DNA from: Eledone cirrhosa | Lineage: Eukaryota | DNA length: 64,000 nucleotides | Assembly: GCA_964016885.1 (NCBI GenBank) | Contig: OZ024746.1 | Location: 45,818,001 to 45,882,000 of the forward strand | Direction: 5' to 3' | Part shown: positions 36,080 through 48,650 of the stretch, one piece after another | How the letters are laid out: every line of letters starts with the position of its first letter | Numbering within the stretch: the stretch's first letter is position 1 | Program-made: the position numbers and the translations under genes | Notes under the pieces: model-generated | The model's database searches: none | The model's input: the letters and a program-made list of their open reading frames with translations, nothing else | Told to the model about the DNA's origin: nothing

Positions 36080-36330
36080 TGGAGGCATATAGCCTAGTGG
36101 TAAGGGTGTTGGACCTACAATCATAATGTTGTGGATTCGATTCCTGGACTGGATAGTGTGTTGTGTTGTGTTCTTGAGTAAAACATTTCATTTCAACTGA
36201 AAACAAGGACCAGCAACTGGTAGAGGTTTAACCCTGCGATGGACAGGCATTCAGAGGGAAGTCTTGTACTCTCAGTCACTTAATATCACTAAAATTGGAA
36301 TAGACATCCACTTAGTGAGAATCTAGGTTT
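36080..36330 (+). mobile_element. tRNA/CORE-like SINE (related minus-strand copy about 48040-48244)
   Basis: TAGCCTAGTGG A box, GATTCGATTCC B box, TTCTTGAGTAAAACATTT. Same head as 17890 but a different tail. Confidence 0.75.
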
Positions 36331-36857
36331 GAGACACACTTTAGAAAGAGCAGGAGATAAGTTTGGGCAGCTCATAAACTGAGCATAGCCTTCACCATAC
36401 TTGCCAAATTAGGGAAGAAAGAGTCACTAAGTAAATATATATTGTATATTAGTTAGCATTGTAAAATAGACTTCTGGATTTTTGAGAGAATTCTCTGTCT
36501 TCCATATTTTATGTCTTGTCTAATGCTTTTGGATCAGCCTTTTTCCCATTTTCTCACTTTCCTCTAAACCTTTGTTCAATTTACTTAGATCCTGCCTTAA
36601 CCACATTATGGCATTTTTAATGTGTCTCTTCCACCATGATACTTTTGCCTTACTCTGCTTAGTGCTCGTCAGTTGTTTTTGGGCCTGAATACTTTCAATG
36701 ACTAGGAAGCAATGGTGTAACTTGGAGTTCGGTGTGGGGATCTCCCTGGAATTACCTTAAAGTGCATTTCTTCCCACTATTGGGGAACTGGTCCTTATTG
36801 ACATTCATTTTCTATTGTTATGTATATTCATTACAATTTCTATTATTATAATAATAA

Positions 36858-37048
36858 ATAATTGTTTCTACTTTAGGCACAAGGCCAGCAATTACCCAGT
36901 ACATTACTGCTACTTTATTTTATCGACCCTGGAAGGATGAAAAGCAAAGTTAACCTCGGCGGTATTTGAACTCAGACTGTAAAGGGACGTAACTATGCTA
37001 GAAAGCATGGCGTCCGACTCTCTACCGATACTGCCAATTCCCCGCCCT
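36858..37048 (-). mobile_element. Meta-domain tRNA SINE (other copies about 37574-37695+, 38208-38430+, 38440-38632+, 51588-51725-, 51750-51962-, 52142-52284+, 53190-53390+, 55981-56161-, 61425-61590+)
   Basis: B box GAGTTCAAAT, then CTTTGCCTTTCATCCTT.CGGGGTCGATAAAATAAAGTACCAG (Meta-type central domain) and an (ATT)n tail. Confidence 0.85.
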
Positions 37049-37819
37049 TATATAATAATAATAAATAATAATAAATAATAATAAATAAAGAAACCATTAT
37101 TATTATTCCTACCATTATTATTATTACTACCATTTTCTCTTCAGTGATGTCCCCTTTCTTTCACTTGTTTTTATCCTTGTATTGTCCCCAATGTCTTTGG
37201 CCATTGTTGCCAATAAAATATTTATTTATTTATTTATTTATTATTATTATCATTATTATTTTCTTGGAGTTTCAGTCATTGATGTTATTTAACTGGAAAG
37301 TTTGTTTAAATGAACATCAAGCCACTACAGGCAACTTCAGATATTCAGGATGTATCGGAGGGTTTTTGCTGTCCCAACAAGCATGCCTTTTGAAGTGTCC
37401 CAAAGAAAGGGGCTGGACTAATTTTCTTTAACCATCCTTGAAACCTCTTCAAGATAGTACCTAGTGCTCCTATGACAATCTGGATGACCTTGATCTCATG
37501 ACAGCACCAAATCCTTTTTAATTCTCACTTTAAATAATGGTATTAATTAATTTTTCTCCTTCTCCTTATTATTAGAGTTCAAATCCCGCCAAGGTTAACT
37601 TTGCCTTTCATCCTTAGGAGGTCGATAAAATAAAGTACCAGTAATGTACTGGGTTATTGCTGGCCTTGTGCCAATAGTAGAAACAATTATTATTATTATT
37701 ATCATCAACATCATCATCTCTTGAACACTAGCAGATCTTCAACTGAATTTAAACTTTGGAAGCGGATCATAACAAATAACCAGAGGTTCTAAAGGTTTCT
37801 TCAAATTTAAGTCCCTAAG

Positions 37820-38160
37820 ACTTTTCTCAAAATTCTTGCTGTTCCTAACAAGGCTGTCTTTTATAGTGTGTATGATTTTATTTCTATTCTGGGCTTCCCA
37901 CAAAATCCCCTAATTTCCATGACAACATTCCAAGTGTTCCAACTACCACAGGCACTGGAACCTTCCCATTTGAGATCCCCATACATGATTATCTTCTCAC
38001 TCTCTTTTTCATCCACTCTGCTGTCACCAAGAACTGTAATATCTATTAAAATATAATGTTTGGTTTTCTTGTTGAGAATTACTATGTCTGGTTTCCTTGT
38101 TTTAACCATATTGTCACATTGTATCATAAAATCCCACAATATTTTAACCTCACCATTATA
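37820..38160 (-). pseudogene. RLE-type (R4/Dong-like) non-LTR 3' fragment; second fragment about 37280-37560
   Basis: KILWDFMIQCD...RKPDIVILNKKTKHYILIDITV...EKIIMYGDL (PD..D..K restriction-like endonuclease). Flanked by (ATT)n/(ATC)n. Confidence 0.8.
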
Positions 38161-38175
38161 ATTATTATTATCATC

Positions 38176-38207
<32 letters not shown>

Positions 38208-38972
38208 AGGGGCGGTAGATTGGCAGTATTGGTAAAGCATCAAACAATATGCTTTTCGGCATAGAGTAATGGCCCTTTATTATCTGAGTTCAAATCCCGC
38301 CCAGGTTAGCTCTGCCTTTTATCTTTACGGGGTCGATAAAATAAAGCACCAGTAATGTACTGGGATTGATTTCATCAACTTTCCCCTCCCCCAAATTGCT
38401 GGCCTTGTGCCTATAATAGAAATCATTATTACTATTGTTAAGGGCGAAGGATTGTCAACATCGGACAACATGTTACTACATAGTTACAGCCCTTTATGCT
38501 CAAATCCAGCTGAGGTTAGCTTTGCCTTTTATCCTTACGGGGTTGATAAAATAGTACCAGTAATTTACTGGAGTCAATTTAATCAACTTCCACCTCCCCC
38601 AGATCTCCAGCCTTTTGCCTAAATTACAAATCATTGATTGGGTATAATGGTTAGTACAGTCTGGCATAGAAAAAACCCAACATTTTTGATGCTGTGAACC
38701 CTTACTATATTTGAGTGAGAGAATGGCAGAAAATTAACTTATGAACTTCCAAAAACGTAGGACAAGCACATCAAAGACACATTTGATAAAATGATATTGT
38801 TGATATCAAAATTGACACACACACACAGATATATTTCTTATTATCTTAAGCATTAAACTAATATATTTCTTCATTGTACTGTGTCATTTGCTTTGCTATT
38901 TCTGTTTATATATATATATATGTATATATGCATATATGCATCTGTGTATGTTTATATATATATATATGTATA

Positions 38973-39384
38973 CGCAAGGGGAAATCCGACGTGTGGCTTA
39001 TGCATTGACGAACGAATAACTATCCTAAAGAGATTATGCAATAGTGATTGCCTAAACACGAGAAGTGAATTTTTCACACGTTGTTCACACGTCACCAAAC
39101 ATCTATTGCATAACTACGAGGCTCCGGACTGATTCTTTGTAATTTTATTTTTAATTTTTAATTTTATTTTCAACCTAAAAACTTTCCGGACTTTTGCAGT
39201 TATCTCCCTTATACCTCCCGCATGCAGGTTAGCATTGCCTGTGTGAAGTGACCGAGTTTCTGCGCATGCGCGTTTGTACGGTTTTCCTTCCTGTTCCTAT
39301 AACCATACACATCCCGAGCTGAAGATCCGCGAAGGTGAAACAATTGTTCTCGGTATGGTGAACTAACTGTTGTGTAACCACTTC
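38973..39384 (+). mobile_element. 3' fragment of a third PLE family (ORF C-terminus + pLTR with HHR)
   Basis: CGLCIDERITIL...CLNTRSEFFTRCSHVTKHLL* matches the CxLC..E...LN.R.E....C.H C-terminus seen in PLE GIY-YIG proteins. HHR downstream; (TA)n on both sides. Confidence 0.8.
39302..39359 (+). ncRNA. Type I hammerhead with extended stem I
   Basis: accatac..ccgag CTGAAGA t cc-gcgaa-gg t GAAA caattg TT ctcgg tatggt. Palindrome ACAATTGT; stem II is weak. Confidence 0.85.
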
Positions 39385-39410
39385 TATATATATATATGTG
39401 TATACATGCA

Positions 39411-39466
<56 letters not shown>

Positions 39467-40098
39467 GTGTGTGTGTGTGTATATGCATGTGTATATATAT
39501 ATATATATAGCATAAGATAATTTGACTGACAGCAAGAGCGACAGAAGGCCAAGAATATAATGAGTGTGACCAGGTCAAGGAGAAGAAGCAGCATTATTCT
39601 TTCAGATGTATCCATTCTACAACTTGCTGGTGGTTAGAGATGAGATGTATATTTATAAAGGTAACAATTATCAATAAAGTAATTAAGAATAGATAATTAA
39701 CACACAGTTCATCAGATCAACTAATTTATATGTATGTAACAAAGGTCTGGTTTAATATTCATTTGACTGAAATAACTGTTGCTGTGCTCTGCCTTGTATA
39801 CTGACTCCTGTCTGGAATTTTAATCAGTTTCTAATCATATTTGCCTAGCTTAAGGCAATGTTATTTTTTATATTTGACTAATTAAACAAATATTGCAATC
39901 TGATTTTGAAAATGCATAAGCAGAAGTTGTTAATATACAATATCTGTGAATTTTTCTGTTTCAAATACAGTTTCTTTTCATTTAGCATCAAATGTAGGAT
40001 TTAAAAATTTATGTTTATTACTTTTCTCTTGCTGTGTTGTGGATTTTGCTTTTATGAATTTGAATATCTGCATATTCTTTTTCTTATTATTTAAACTA

Positions 40099-41526
40099 CT
40101 AGCAGAATGGCCCGGCATTGCTCAGGCTTCTAAACATAGATTGGCATGTTTATCCCTCCTTTCTGAAACAATACAGAGAAGTATGGAATACCTCGGCCTG
40201 GGGATGGTGTCTACATTTTGTGCTTAGGCAAATAATTTTCCATTAAGATTTTTCAAAAGCATGTAATTGCGTTCCCTCTCTTTTTTGTTGTTGTTTTTGC
40301 TGCTGTTGGTATGATAGCAGCCGTTGGTCGTACTACTAACACAGTCTCGTCCTTCTTCAGTCAATTGTGTATATCCCCTTCTGCCTCATCTACCTACACA
40401 ATAATTGTAGCACCTCCTTGTACACAATGTTCCTTGTTCTTCCATGTCGGGCATATGCAAAGAGATTTGTCTTGCTTCCCACTCTTGAGCAGCCAATGTA
40501 TAGTTGCCCGTTTGAAAAACATGACTCTTCTAAAATAAGACCACCAACAGCTAGGGTGTGACCCTGGGATTTGTTGATAGACATTGCAAAGCTGACATGG
40601 TTCGGTGATTGGTTCGTTGGTTGTCTGTTTGAAGTGCTCTTCTGGTAGCAGTACATTCAGTATCTTGCGACCGTCGAATAGCAGATTCCACTGACGATTC
40701 GTTTGCCCGCCTTGTTCTTTTTCTTGCCTCTTTCGCAGTATTTCGGCCAATGGAGTATCTCTTCCTTCGAGGCATGACCTAAAAGCAGGACGAAGTAGAC
40801 TAAGATTAACTGGTAGAGTGAAGAGTAAACTCGTCAGTGATGCATGTGATTTCCAAACCGTTGACTATGTAATTGCTGACCTTGTACCAAAAGTAGTGGG
40901 TCTTTTTGGGTGGCATATCGGCAGTAATAATGACGATAAGCCATCTGTGCTTTCGTGAAATAAATACGTTTATTTATATTTTGTTTTTGTGTATGCGAAA
41001 GTATCTGTACACGAATATATAATTATATATATATATATTAAAATAACAGATTAAAGTTTAAGCAAAGAATCACTGCTTTCACCCTTAACGGGATCTTCTG
41101 AAACTATAAAAATCAATTCGAGAACGCAGTAAATATTTCGAAAAACGTTGCAACCGAAGGAAAACAAGAAGACGATACTTTGGTTCGTGAAGACATTCCC
41201 TGGCAATGAAGGAAAAATAGCGAAGATAATACGTCAGCAATGAGAACGATGTTTTCATAATGTCGTAATACAGACAGATATTATAAGGGTGCGACGTTAT
41301 AGCTATGTGTCTATCTAAAAAGACAGAGAGAGAGATCACTAACTGGCACCTAACACGCCTTTAACAACAGAAAATTGAAAAATAAAAGCTGCAGTTAATA
41401 TCTTTAGACCGCAAGGAATATATAAATGCAAGTTTGAAGTCAAGTGGAGTAGAAATGTGGATTTGTATAGACTTTGCAAAAATTAGGACACACACAGACA
41501 ATTTCAGTTTTATATATATGTATAGA
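40099..41526 (-). mobile_element. Complete non-autonomous Helitron (internal deletion derivative)
   Basis: Minus strand begins A|TCTATACATATAT and ends with a GC hairpin + CTAG|T. It contains a probable RepHel N-terminus (MPRRKRYSIGR..., 40775) joined to Pif1 helicase motifs V/VI (FAMSINKSQG...GQLYIGCSRV...NIVYKEVL). Confidence 0.9.
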
Positions 41527-44500
41527 TAGGAGGAGGTCTTTTAGAATGATAAACATAGTTTAGGAAAGCATGATAAATGTTTAAAACATATTTATATGTT
41601 TAACACATTTATTTTACCATAACATTAAATACTTTCATCATCATCATCATCTGATGTCTTCAATGAGAACGTATATCTTTTTTGCACACATTCACATTAT
41701 GTGCCTAAATTTGAATATCCAAATGTCTGTTGGTTATAATGTGCTTAATACCATCATTCCACTGATCAATGGACTATTGGGATATTAATGGTAATAGAGT
41801 GGCTTTATGTAGGCTTTGCCTTTCTCTTCTATATACCAAGTTCTATGATGACAAGTAACATGTGACTGAAACGATTATAGATAACAATGAATGCTTCCAA
41901 CATGGAACTTGCACGTATGGCAGCTTCATTGTAACAGAAATTTTGGAGTATACCCTAAGGTAAATGCTTCACTCCTATCCTCCTGTAGAAACTAGACAGC
42001 TTTATTTAGTGACAGCACAGCCTACCAATTTTCTTTCTTCCTTTTTTTTTTGAGGTGTTGGAGGGGGAAGACTATAAAAGAGTGTGCCGAAGAAAGTTTC
42101 GTCCATTTTATAATCAGTTAGGAAACTACCCCAGGTGGTTCATCCTCAATGTGTTTGAAAATCTCACAACACAAACTCTAAATAAGAACCTTGTTTCTTG
42201 GTACCTGAAATGTTCATATCCTCTTGGGTGGTATTGTTACTGCAATACAAAGACCTCTAGGAATCTATATGATAGTGCTCAAAAACAGGAATATAAATTA
42301 CTCCCATAGACACAACTCTATCCATATTAGTTGCATTTAACCTATTGCTACAGATAGTTTAATTTCCCTTTTACAATTAATTGCCACCAATAAATATTTT
42401 GTATTGTATCATTTTTTTAATCATGTTTTTGGAACATTATACATTAGTTGATTGATTAGATCTAACAGTATGTTTTTCATCATAACAAATAAATAATATG
42501 ATGATATTTTCTAATCCGTATCAAATTGGTAAATATCAGTTATCTATCTTCTGAAATGTCATCTCCATATAGTTCATAGATTATTATTTATTATTAATTA
42601 TTATTATTATTATTATTATTATTATTGGAATATAATTCACATGGATGCATCCAATTAATTTGGAAGGAATTCAGTTCCTGTTATTCAAGATTCATATTAT
42701 AACCATGTTTATTTTGTAAAAGTTAAAAGTTTCAAAAATATTTTCTCTGCTGAAGTTATATGAAATGTTATAGTGTTTTGAAATGGAAAATACAAAGTTT
42801 AAGATCAAGATCAGTTTTAAGACTAGGTTTAAACTATCATAACTGAACAGTGAACAACCGAAAGTTAATAGTTTCAAACAGTAAGATTGGTGATCTAGTC
42901 TAAAATGATGTGCATGTCACTGGCAAAAATACAAAAACAGTAACAAAACAAGTGCCATATATACTTGAATATAAGCTGATCCCTATTTTATGCCTGAGAA
43001 ATGGGCAAAAACCAAAGCCCCATTTATAAGTTGAGGCATCTAATCAACACATAATGTCCAGATGGTACAGATTTGAAATTCCCATGGGTGGAGAATATAG
43101 TTATGAAGTTTAAAATGTCTTAAGTCGTATTGTTGGAGGCTAGTGTATTTTCTATCCCTGAAATGGAAGACTATTCTTTGGGATGTAGCTTTTGCTATGC
43201 TGAAGATGTTAGCTTGTTGGGAAAGATCATAAATTATTGACGATTAAAATTGTAATGTCTTTGAGGGACATATTCGATAATATAGTCCAGCATTCATTGT
43301 GTATGATCAGGACTGACGTTGGGCTAAACAAATGATGGAAAATAGACACAAAATTGCTTTATAAAAAATGCATAGTTTTTCATCATTTTTAATTCAATTA
43401 AAAACTGTATGTATAATTATTACACAAAGGTAAACTGTCAAAGCAATTAGAAACTATATCTATCATTATTTATAGGACAAAAATAAATGGAAAAGAAGTG
43501 TTTATCAATATTTGTAATTTTGTTTTGTCAAAGTCAGCTGAGAAAGAGCAGCACATATGACTTTATGTAGTGGCTTTGTGACTGCTGAAGGCAAAAGAGA
43601 AATAACCCACAACACATTGGTATCATCAAACTGGAAACAAAGTAGATCCCACTAAAAACATCCAAGAGCCAGATACTGCTGTTAAATTGGTTGTCAAATT
43701 AACTCTGTCTCTCAAGAAATGTTATATACAACCTTTTTTACAGTTGCTATCTCCCTAATTTGACTTACAAATTTTGGATTGATATGAGACATGGAAAAAA
43801 AAAACTCAATCAAGATGCCACATGGTGGGATCACTCCTTATCAACTTCTCAGTTTTCTTCTCTGCCTATATTTTACCTGTCGTCCTCTGCCTTGCTCCAG
43901 CTTCATTTTAACCCTGAGCAAGTTTTTTCACATTTCCCCAGAACCATTTGATTGCAAAGTGCACTTCTTTGCAATGAACTCATGTCTGCATCATAATGTA
44001 GTTGTTGATATAGAAGGTATTATAGTCTTTAAGTTTAATACTAAATGTCACACAAGATTGTAAAATAATATAAGAGAACTGCAGATGGAATATTTTAACT
44101 TCAACGACTTCCATACACTAAGTGGTTAGTTGGTTTTAACTCACATTTATCTTAATTTATATCAGATAATCACTAGACTTTGAGGAAACTATTACACAGT
44201 GTGACAAAATATTCTGCTTCATATCTTATTTTCTATACCTAATGGTTTTTTAAAGAAGCATTCAATTAATTTCTGTCATAATATAATGAGCAAACATAAT
44301 TCTGGTCCAAATGCTTCCAATAGAGTGGATTGCACTAAAGACATTTTAGAGTTAGATGGTACTGTTAATCCTGACAATCAATTTCACCTGTCACCCAAGA
44401 AGAGATGTAATCCAAACTATGGGTTTTTTCATAGCGTCCATCTAACTAGTTTCAGTCACAAGACTTGGGTCACTCTGAAGCTATAGTAAAAGTCCCTTGT

Positions 44501-46432
44501 TCAAGAGGCCACACAATGGCATAATTCCTAATTCTTTCACCATTTTGTCTGCAGGGTGCAGCAGAGATATACTACTTGGACTGGGATCTAGAATTTACTC
44601 TTCTTCATATTTTCCCTTACTTTTGCCATTTAATGTAATATATTTTTTCTATTTTTTTTCTTTCTTTTTTTCTAATATGCAAACATTAATGAATTATAAA
44701 TTTATTTTATGTTTAAATAAATGTTCCCTCTCTGTAATTCTAGTATTTTTTCTGCTCTTTGAATAAATTATTACATACTGTATATTTTTCATCCTTGCTC
44801 AGTAAAACCATTACTAAAGATTAATTGCGAACAGTTTAATATCAACATGTTTCAGTAATATATTGACTTTATCTGCTGTATCCTCTTGAAAGAATGTTAA
44901 TAAAATGGAATTTAATAATATCTACATTCAAAACATTATTCCACTTAATAAAATACAGTGAATAGCTTTTTAGATATTTTCATGATTTTTAAAAGTAAAT
45001 AACAATAGATTGTTGTGATGAGTAAACATAAAAAAATTGGCAACTTCAAGGCAAAAAGGGGTTGCCATATTTAATGTAATGTATAAAGAGAAGCACAGTG
45101 AGAAATAGAGATATAGAATGTTCAATTACAGATTTTAATTGAAAATAAAATGAAAATACCTTTTTTAAAAGAAGCTTTATTGTCTGAAAAAGATGGATGG
45201 AATATCAGGAATAATAGGAAGACTGACAGTTATCTCTAGTAAGTGTATGCAATATAATCTTGAATTTGCATGATAAAGAAAATAGTTCAGGGTAGTAAAC
45301 GAAGGTGTTGGACCAACTGATTATAGCTAATGTGAAGGAAAATTAATTGGCAGTGATGAATATTGTGCCATATATGATTATACTGTTGTAGATATTTAAT
45401 AGTTTTATACATGGGAGCATTGTAAAAAAAAAATTTTTAAAAATTAGTCACAGTGATGATTCCATTTATTTCATCAAATGTATGGAGGTCACAGAACCAA
45501 CTCAGTCAGATATACAAAATATTCAGCAATTCTGTATGATGTTAGGTTGCTAGAATCAGTAAATATTTGGATGGAAACATTTAGTTTCTAGCGATGAATA
45601 TTGTTGGCGGTCAGGATTTTATTCTATATGTAGTGAAATTTAAATAAATTTGATGTCCATTTTCATGCAAAATAAACTAATTTATTTTATTTATGCCAGT
45701 AGGGTTTGAATCAAAGAGAATCAGGTTGAGTGATCATATAGACATTCTCTTATAGGTTTATATCATATTCCCATGCTGAGAATCAAAACTGAACTTCCTC
45801 TGTGCAAGCCAGGAATTTTTACCGCTCTCATATCTGAGGCTCTTCTGCCTTAACCAGGCTGTTGTAAACTTATCTCACGATAACAGAGTCAGTGATAACT
45901 GAACAAGGTTGGGTTTGAAGAGGAATAAGAATTGAAGAATATTTAGACAACCAGTGTGTCAATCAGGAATGTGGATAATGTTACTAACTGGTACAGACAG
46001 TTCAGAATAGCAAATTATTTGGCCTCTATGCCAGTGATAAGTGTGTATAGGTGTATAATAAATAGTGTGTATTGATATCACTGAGGATAAATCATTCATA
46101 AATTTAAGATTGATATGGAGAATATTTTCTGTGTAACTTGCAGACAAGACTTTCCAGAGAGATGTAATATAGTGTAGCTTGAAGAGCAGAGATAGGTTAG
46201 CAATAAATGTTGGGCTGTCTTAGGAAGGAAGCAGAATTGTAAATGATAAAGCAGTAGAAATGAACCTATGATAGTCATTACTGAAATAAGATAGATGCAC
46301 CAATATACATAAATATGGCTTACACATTACTTTATATGAATATTAATGTTATTTTTCTTTAGTGGTGGTGACAAAGAAGATTTAATAAAGGCCACCAAGT
46401 TTGGGTATTCAATATTCTGAAATAATATACTA

Positions 46433-46469
<37 letters not shown>

Positions 46470-48257
46470 TATATACAAATATAAAGCATGAATAGCTTGG
46501 ATAATACACATCCCATACATAACAGAATATTGCGATTTTGTGTTGTTATCTAAAGTATTCTGCTCTATCATTAATTTACATACATTTGCTGGTAGCGAAA
46601 ACCGATGTTAAGTAATAGTGGTGATGATAACACCACATCTATAGTGAAGAAAAATACAAAATACATCCCCAAAGACATAAGATTTTGCATTTAGTAGCTT
46701 TCAACATTTATGATTACTGAATCGAGATAGTTATTATTTAAAGATTTGAATAAGTAGTTATACAGTAACTAATAGATGGTTCTGAGAACAATCATGGAAA
46801 TGAGAATTTTATCATTGACACGTCTTTGACAAGAGATAGATATTAGAAAGAGAAAATGTTTTTCATATTCCTTTTGATTTCAATCAAACCACTACAATAA
46901 TAAACAAATGAAAATGAAGAGGGTTTAATAGGAATTTTTTTGAAAACATTCATGTTTTATGTGTAAATTATACTGTTAGTATAATTCACACATAAAACAT
47001 GTTGAAACTAATTACTGATTATCAAGTTCACTATACACAAGCTTGCTCTAAATCTCTGTAGTTAAGCTAAATCAAATTTCGTAATTACATAGAGAAATAG
47101 CTATCTAAAAAAAGGCATTGTGTTGCAATTTTGTAAAGATGTCGAATCATAGTGTAAGTAGATTATTTTAAAGGATATGTCAGAAGATGAAATTATTTTG
47201 CAGACATTTCATTTTCACATTATGGAAAAACAAAAACAAAAAAACTCTAATTAGTCGATGAAACACTGACTAGAAGAAAGTAAAGAAGTGATGATTGATG
47301 GTAAGAAGTTTGGTATTAACTATGCATATATATATTGTGTATTAACTAATAAGGTGATAATAGGTGACAAAATGATAAATCTCAGCTGCGAATCTTATGG
47401 AGGAAGGAGAGAGAATTATAGATAGTATTAGAGAGTGGCAGTGTTGCATATGAACATCTCCAAAGTCATTTCTTGTTACTTGGGGAGGTGTTGACAGAAA
47501 AGTAGGCAGTGAATAATGGTTAGCATTAGAAGGCAGCCAGGCTGAATATAGAGAGACAAAACTCCACCCTAGCCATGACAATATGCCCCTTGCCAATTTC
47601 CTCTTTCTAACATCTCTCCCTAACCTTCCTTACAAACCTCCCTATTCTCCCTCGTCCTGATCCTTCTATAGCTTATCCAACATATTTTTTCTTTAATATA
47701 CACCCCTATTATACTTAATGCTATCTTAGTGCTACTGCCATCATCATCATCATCATCGCCGTATAACATTCACTTTTCCAAACTTGCATGGGTTAGGTGT
47801 GTTGTCACATTATGAAACAAGTCAGGTCAAGTGACTTGCAAGTACATCATCTTCACATTAGGGACAAAATCCCAAAATGCATTGTCAAAAATTCAGCAGC
47901 AATTTAAAAGGGATGTTCTACTCATATCAGTAATTCTTGACAGTCGGAATGAAATGATTAATCAACCAAACTTTTAAAAATTATGATGGTGACTGATCTA
48001 AAGTCTGCCTTGTGCCCTTAGGCACAGCAGGCCAGTACTTATCCCAGTTTCTGTAGCATGAAGCAGCTAAGAGTACAGGACTTCCTCTGGACAGGATGCT
48101 AGTCCATTAAAGGGTTAAACCCCCTGCTACTACTAGGACTCCTTTTTAGTTGACGATACTGAAGCAACATGAAATGAAGCATTTTTGCTCAAGAACACAA
48201 CACACCAGCCTGAGGAATCGAACCCACTAGGCCATGCACCTCCACAATGATGGTGAC

Positions 48258-48650
48258 TTATATCTTAATGTTATTAATCCAAATAATAGGAAGAGACACC
48301 TTTGAGATGTTCTTAAGAGCCTTATTGTTCACAGCATAATGCACCAAGAGTGACTTGAGTTTGAAGTTGTCAGTACAATTACCTCCAAGCATTAGTGTTA
48401 GCTGTTCTTTGGTAACTTTGTAGCCTGACATGGTCTTCTCCTTCTTTGAAATAAAATATCTATTGAGCAATCTCTTCTTAAAAAGGCTCATTTCATCAAT
48501 GTTTAAGATATGCTCAGGTAAGAATCCTTCATCATTAATGATCTTCTGCAGTGTGGCAGGAAATTCTTTGGTGGTTATGGTGTTGACAGCTGTGGTTTCA
48601 CCCTAAAATTTGATGTGCAAGTTGAAATGACATTTAAAGCTGGCAAACTA
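48258..48650 (-). pseudogene. pogo/Tigger transposase fragment
   Basis: GYKVTKEQLTLMLGGNCTDNFKLKSLLV...KALKN...LPIIW, typical of DDE_1 Tigger proteins. Confidence 0.8.

Noticed and set aside
43196-43235. CTGAAGA...GAAAGATC hammerhead-like string
   Set aside because: Stem II does not pair and the UH site/stem I register fails.
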